Below are positions 26,315 through 30,454 of a DNA stretch of 30,454 bases, one piece after another. The position numbers and the translations under genes are program-made. Every line of letters starts with the position of its first letter. Positions within the stretch are counted from its first letter, which is position 1. The notes under the pieces were generated by a model that was given only the letters and a program-made list of their open reading frames with translations, made no database searches and was not told the DNA's origin. Source of the stretch: a bacterium. Its GTDB lineage: Bacteria > RBG-13-66-14. The stretch is taken from NCBI GenBank assembly GCA_026398675.1, contig JAPLSK010000173.1, forward strand, positions 1 to 30,454, in the 5' to 3' direction.

Positions 26315-26770
26315 CTATCCCAACCCGTCCTCCCCGTGGTCCTCGTGGCCGCAGGAGTCGCCCAGGTCCATCTTCTCCAGGTCGGGGCAGGTGCCGTCCT
26401 TCCGGCAGCGGTAGTGGGCGATGGCCGCGCGCAGGGCGTCCGTGGCCAGGTTGGAGCAGTGCAGCTTGAGCTTGGGCAGGCCGCCCAGCGCCTCCGAGAC
26501 GTCGTTCCGGGTGAGCTTTTCCGCCTCGTCAATCGTCAGGCCGATGACCATCTCGGTGGTGATGGAACTGGTGGCGATGGCGGCGCCGCACCCGAAGGTC
26601 TTGAACTTGCAGTCCACGATGCGCCCTAGGGCGTCCACCTTGATGTACATCTCCATGATGTCGCCGCAGGGGGGGTTGCCCACGCGGCCGATGCCGTCGG
26701 CGTCGGGAATCTCGCCCACGTTGCGCGGGTGCCGGAAGTGGTCTATGACCTTTTCGGTGTAGGATTCCAT
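26315..26770 (-). CDS. iscU: Fe-S cluster scaffold protein, IscU/NifU-N type
   Basis: YTEKVIDHFRHPRNVG, GNPPCGDIM, KFKTFGCGAAIATSS and KLHCSNLA motifs. Start at ATG 26770 from RBS spacing. Confidence 0.9.
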   Translation of the reverse strand: MESYTEKVIDHFRHPRNVGEIPDADGIGRVGNPPCGDIMEMYIKVDALGRIVDCKFKTFGCGAAIATSSITTEMVIGLTIDEAEKLTRNDVSEALGGLPKLKLHCSNLATDALRAAIAHYRCRKDGTCPDLEKMDLGDSCGHEDHGEDGLG

Positions 26771-26947
26771 GTTCTCTCCCGCGAAAGCATCCAACCTCAG
26801 TATGCCATCTTTTTCTTCAGACTTACAATCCGAGAGCGTATTTATCGTCTAATCCGCATTTCACCGATGCGCGCAGGTCGGGATAACCGGGAAGGCGCCG
26901 CGGTAAAGGCCGCAGCAGGCGTCGTAAATCGGCTCCACGCGCGCCCC

Positions 26948-28282
26948 CTACAGGCGCGGCAGGGAGTGTTGGATTTCGTATCCGGTGACGACCTGGCGGT
27001 AGGAATCCCACTCGATGGTCTTGTTCTCGATGAATTTCTGGTAGACGTGATCCCCCAGGGTCTCCCGCATGAGGTCGCTCTTCTTGAATACGTGGAGGGC
27101 TTCGGAAAGGCTTTCCGGGAGCTCCTGGATCTCCCTGGAGCGCATGCCCTCGTCGTAGATGTTTTCCTCGGTGGGTTCGGTCAGCTCGTAGGAATCGTGC
27201 ACCCCCTTCATCCCCATGGCCAGCATTACCGAGAAGGCCAGATAGGGGTTGCAGGCGGGGTCGGGGCTCCGCAGCTCGATTCTCGCCGACTGCGGGGTCT
27301 TGTAGTGGGGGATCCGGACCAGGGCCGACCGGTTCCGGTGCCCCCAGACGATGTAGCACGGCGCTTAGTAGCCGGGGACGAGCCTCTTGTACGAGTTGAC
27401 CCACTGGTTCAGGACCAGGGTGGCCTCCCGGATGTGCGCCAGAATCCCCGCGGTGTATTTTAGGGCGAAATCGGAGAGTTTCAGCCCCGGCAGCGGCGAG
27501 GAGCCCCCGTCCCCGACGAAGAGGTTCTTCCCGTCCCGGTAGAGGGATTGGTGGACGTGCATCCCGCTGCCGTTTTCCCGGAATACCGGCTTGGGCATGA
27601 AGGTGGCGTGAATGCCGTTCATCCTCGCCACCTCCTTGATCAGAAGCTTGACCAGCATGACCTGATCGGCCATGACGAGGGCGTCCGTGTAGCGGAGGTC
27701 CACCTCGTACTGGCTGGGGCCTACCTCGTGGTGGTTCAGCTCGCCCCGGATGCCGAGACCCTCGTCGCCCAGCATGGCCAAGGTCTTGTCGCAGACGAAC
27801 GCGGTCTTGGATATCAGGCTCGCGTCGAAGTAACCGCCGTGGTCCAGCGGCTCGGGGTCCAGCTCGCCCTTGACGTAGAAGAACTCCAGCTCCGGTCCGA
27901 CGAGGAAGGTCATGCCCTCGGCTTTAATCTTCTCCAGGTTCGTTTTGAGAACGAAGCGGGGGTCGCCGGGGTAGGGGGAGCCCTCGGGCGTGAAGAGGTC
28001 GCAGAACACCAGGGCGTACCGGAGCTGCCGGTTGCCGAACTCGTCCGGGAGGACCCTGAAGGTGTCCAGGTCGGGGACCGCCACCAGGTCCGACTCGTTG
28101 ATGCGTGCGAAGCCCTCGATGGAGGAGCCGTCCACGCCGAGACCTTCGCTCGCGGCCTTGTCCAGCTCCGAGGGCAGGATGTTGAATCCCTTGAGGTCGC
28201 CGATGATGTCGGTGAAGCAGACCCGGATGAGCTGGACGCCGGATTTCTCGATGAGTTTTTTGATGTCCTGGAGTGTTTTCAT
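26948..28282 (-). pseudogene. glnA: Glutamine synthetase type I (444 codons) with one in-frame TAA at 27365-27367
   Basis: DGSSIEGF, GPELEFF, HHEVGPSQYE, ATFMPKP, GSGMHVHQSL, then [29 protein letters not shown] and RIELRSPDPACNPYLA, all in one frame through TAG at 26948-26950. Confidence 0.85.
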
Positions 28283-28420
28283 GGAATTTGCCTCTGGTTT
28301 TTTTTACTGCGACGGCGCAGCTTTAAGCAAGGTCGGATTTTGGCTTACAAGGCGGACCAAGTCAAGCGGGGAAGGTGCCGTTTTGCGGTTCGGACCGCGG
28401 GCTTTCCCGGGCGGGCCCCG

Positions 28421-28449
28421 TTGACAACGCGCCCTTTAACCGATACTAT
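28421..28449 (+). promoter_or_regulatory. Sigma70-type promoter of asnA
   Basis: TTGACA-N17-TACTAT. Confidence 0.8.
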
Positions 28450-28493
28450 TCACCCGCTTCCAGACGTCCATAACACCACAAGGAGAACCGACG

Positions 28494-29621
28494 ATGGCCG
28501 ACAAGAAGGCGGATCTGGCGGGACCGGGCATTAGCACCTACGAAGAGGTGGAGAAGATTCTCCCCACAGACTACAAGCCGCTCCTGCCGCCCAAGGAGAG
28601 GATGAAGGCCCTTTTCGCGATAAAGAGCTACATCGAACAGAACCTCTGCAAAGAGCTGAACCTCTTCATGTCGCAGGTCCCCTTGATCGTGGACCGCGAG
28701 AGCGGCGTGAACGATTACCTGGACCGCGACGGCTCCCGCACGCCCATCGAGTTCAACTGCGGCCTCGGCCTCAAAACCCCCATCCGCGCCCAGGTGGTGC
28801 AGGCCGCCACAAAGTGGAAGCGGATGGCGCTCAAGGAGTTCGACTGCAAGGTCGGCGAGGGACTCTGCACCGACATGAAGGCCGTGCGCAAGGACTACTT
28901 CCTCGACCACGACCACAGCTCATACGTGGACCAGTGGGACTGGGAGAAGGTCATCACCGCCAAGGACCGCAACCTGGATTACCTGAAGGACACGGTGCGC
29001 AAGCTCTGGAAGGTCATCCTCGGCGCCGGCAGGATGGCCCAGGAGATGTACCCGGAGCTCAAGGATAAAAAATACCCCGACTTACCCGAGGAGCTCACCT
29101 TCCTCCACGCCGAGGAGATTCGGGACATGTATCCCGACCTGCCGCGCAAGCAGCGGGAGACGAAAATCATCCAGAAGTACCCCGCCGTCTTCATCATCGG
29201 CATCGGCTGGGTGTTGAAGGACGGGTACCCCCACGAGATGCGCGCCGCCGACTACGACGACTGGGTCACCGAGACAGTCTCCGCCGACGGCAAGCCCATG
29301 CACGGCCTCAACGGCGACATCCTGGTCTGGAACCCGGTCACCAAGCGCCGCCACGAGCTCACCTCCATGGGCATCCGCGTCACCAAGGACACCCTCAAGC
29401 AGCAGCTCAAGATCACCGGCCAGGAGGATTTCCTCAACCTGCCGTACCACAAGGCGATCATCAACGACCAGATTCCGTTGAGCATCGGCGGAGGCATCGG
29501 CCAGTCGCGCACCTACATGTACCTCTTGCGCGCGGCGCACCTGGGCGAGGTCAGCGTCACCGTCTGGCCCAAGCAGTTGAAGGACATCTGCGCCCCGCGC
29601 AACATCCACGTGCTGGAATAG
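28494..29621 (+). CDS. asnA: Aspartate--ammonia ligase (asparagine synthetase A)
   Basis: GVNDYLD, QVVQAATKWKRMAL, GLCTDMKAVRKD, HSSYVDQWDWEK, HEMRAADYDDW, GLNGDIL, ELTSMGIRV and LSIGGGIGQSR motifs. RBS aggaga. Confidence 0.93.
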   Translation: MADKKADLAGPGISTYEEVEKILPTDYKPLLPPKERMKALFAIKSYIEQNLCKELNLFMSQVPLIVDRESGVNDYLDRDGSRTPIEFNCGLGLKTPIRAQVVQAATKWKRMALKEFDCKVGEGLCTDMKAVRKDYFLDHDHSSYVDQWDWEKVITAKDRNLDYLKDTVRKLWKVILGAGRMAQEMYPELKDKKYPDLPEELTFLHAEEIRDMYPDLPRKQRETKIIQKYPAVFIIGIGWVLKDGYPHEMRAADYDDWVTETVSADGKPMHGLNGDILVWNPVTKRRHELTSMGIRVTKDTLKQQLKITGQEDFLNLPYHKAIINDQIPLSIGGGIGQSRTYMYLLRAAHLGEVSVTVWPKQLKDICAPRNIHVLE

Positions 29622-29642
29622 CGATTTCCCCCCGTCCAGTAG

Positions 29643-29670
29643 AAAGACCGCCTTCCGGGCGGTCTTTTTT
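29643..29670. terminator. Bidirectional intrinsic terminator between convergent genes
   Basis: aaagaccgcc-ttccg-ggcggtcttt with a T run on the right and an A-rich run on the left. Confidence 0.85.
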
Positions 29671-29691
29671 AGAACAATAGAGGCGGGGGTA

Positions 29692-30402
29692 TTACTCGAA
29701 TTCAGCTTTTATTTGGCCCCATGACATTTCCCGCACGGCGGAGTGGGCGGCCAGGTAGCAGGCGGCGTTGGCCATAATTAGATAGCCATCCCCGGTCCAG
29801 CCCTGGGGATTATTACACACGTAATCCAAACCGACGACGGTGTTGCCTGCGTTTATGGCGATGCCGGGATAGAGGGGGAAATCGGCGATTTCACGGGCCC
29901 CGGGCCGGAGCTCAAGCGGGAAATGGCAATACACATCGCTTAAATGGGACACCCCCTCAAAAATCGGGTGCCCGGGCTCGATAATGTGCAAATCCTGGTA
30001 ATCGTAGATTATATATTCATCGGGTATATGTCCGTACGGCGCGTACTCATCCTCCAGCCAGCGACCGCCGATGCCATAACCTGCGGGGTCATAAAAGAGC
30101 ATATCAAAGATACATACCACACAGCCGCCGCCGTCCACATAGTCGGCCAGGTTGTCACCGAACTCATCCGGTTCCTCTGTATATGTCCCTCCAACGAAGA
30201 GCGTATCGAAGTTGCGCATAAACTCAAGAGACGGCGTGAAATCCTTGATATCAATAAAGTAAACATCATCGAAGCGCGGGTCGTTTCTCACGTACTCAAC
30301 CACTTCCGACCAGTATTGGTAATAGTTCCCAACCATGAACGCCGCGTCCAGGCCGGCGAGAGCGACCAGCGGCAGCACGAGCATCAAAATGACGGTTTTC
30401 AT
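29692..30402 (-). CDS. Secreted hypothetical protein with a C-terminal SWGQIKAEFE tail; possibly a class I GATase-like fold
   Basis: Signal peptide MKTVILMLVLPLVALA, NLADYVDGGGCVV, HPIFEGV, terminal AVREMSWGQIKAEFE. RBS gggagagg. Confidence 0.75.
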   Translation of the reverse strand: MKTVILMLVLPLVALAGLDAAFMVGNYYQYWSEVVEYVRNDPRFDDVYFIDIKDFTPSLEFMRNFDTLFVGGTYTEEPDEFGDNLADYVDGGGCVVCIFDMLFYDPAGYGIGGRWLEDEYAPYGHIPDEYIIYDYQDLHIIEPGHPIFEGVSHLSDVYCHFPLELRPGAREIADFPLYPGIAINAGNTVVGLDYVCNNPQGWTGDGYLIMANAACYLAAHSAVREMSWGQIKAEFE

Positions 30403-30417
30403 GACCTCTCCCTTTCA

Positions 30418-30454
30418 CTAAAGCACCCAGCGCGGGACGGTCAGGATGTCCTCC
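30418..30454 (-). CDS. 3' end of an upstream gene cut by the window edge (...EDILTVPRWVL*)
   Basis: Open frame with host-like codons ending TAG at 30418-30420, just before the RBS of the next gene. Too short to assign. Confidence 0.35.
   Translation of the reverse strand, partial: EDILTVPRWVL

Noticed and set aside
27365-27367. Genome-wide reassignment of TAA to Glu
   Set aside because: TAA is a normal stop for the cyclase (13311), the M28 C-terminal fragment (21549), the protease (8419) and the tmRNA tag, and Glu is encoded by GAG/GAA throughout.
26823-27404. 193-aa minus-strand ORF as a frameshifted glnA C-terminus
   Set aside because: The true GS C-terminus continues in the original frame after the TAA, and this ORF is off-frame with no GS motifs.
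28283-28493. GlnR/TnrA box or sigma54 promoter for glnA
   Set aside because: No TGTNA-N7-TNACA and no convincing -24/-12 element was found on either strand.

Overview
A GC-rich (about 65% by eye) chromosomal region from an anaerobe with an outer membrane. T9SS/FlgD-like C-terminal domains, a TraF/PorV-like barrel and a 'SWGQIKA' tail suggest an FCB-group candidate phylum such as Coatesbacteria (inference only). Left to right: the 3' part of an [FeFe]-hydrogenase-like gene with degenerate H-cluster motifs; a cluster of two palindromic repeat families; a CsgG/FlgO-like protein; a histidine-utilisation operon (ftcD, hutI, cyclodeaminase, histidine phosphatase, MFS transporter, small membrane protein); tmRNA (ssrA, tag ADYDMALAA) followed by a lone AT-rich trypsin-like protease gene; a TraF/PorV-like barrel; an NtrC-type regulator and a single-domain receiver; a STAND adenylate/guanylate cyclase with TPRs; an MBOAT/SGNH O-acylation pair; an M28 peptidase gene carrying an Asp-box propeller and broken by a deletion plus frameshift; an RRM protein; a large FG-GAP protein; a second CsgG-like protein; iscU; glnA interrupted by one in-frame TAA at the catalytic flap Glu; asnA; and a secreted protein ending in SWGQIKAEFE. 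No CRISPR array, rRNA, tRNA, integrase or transposase is supported. All family assignments come from motif recognition, not database searches.
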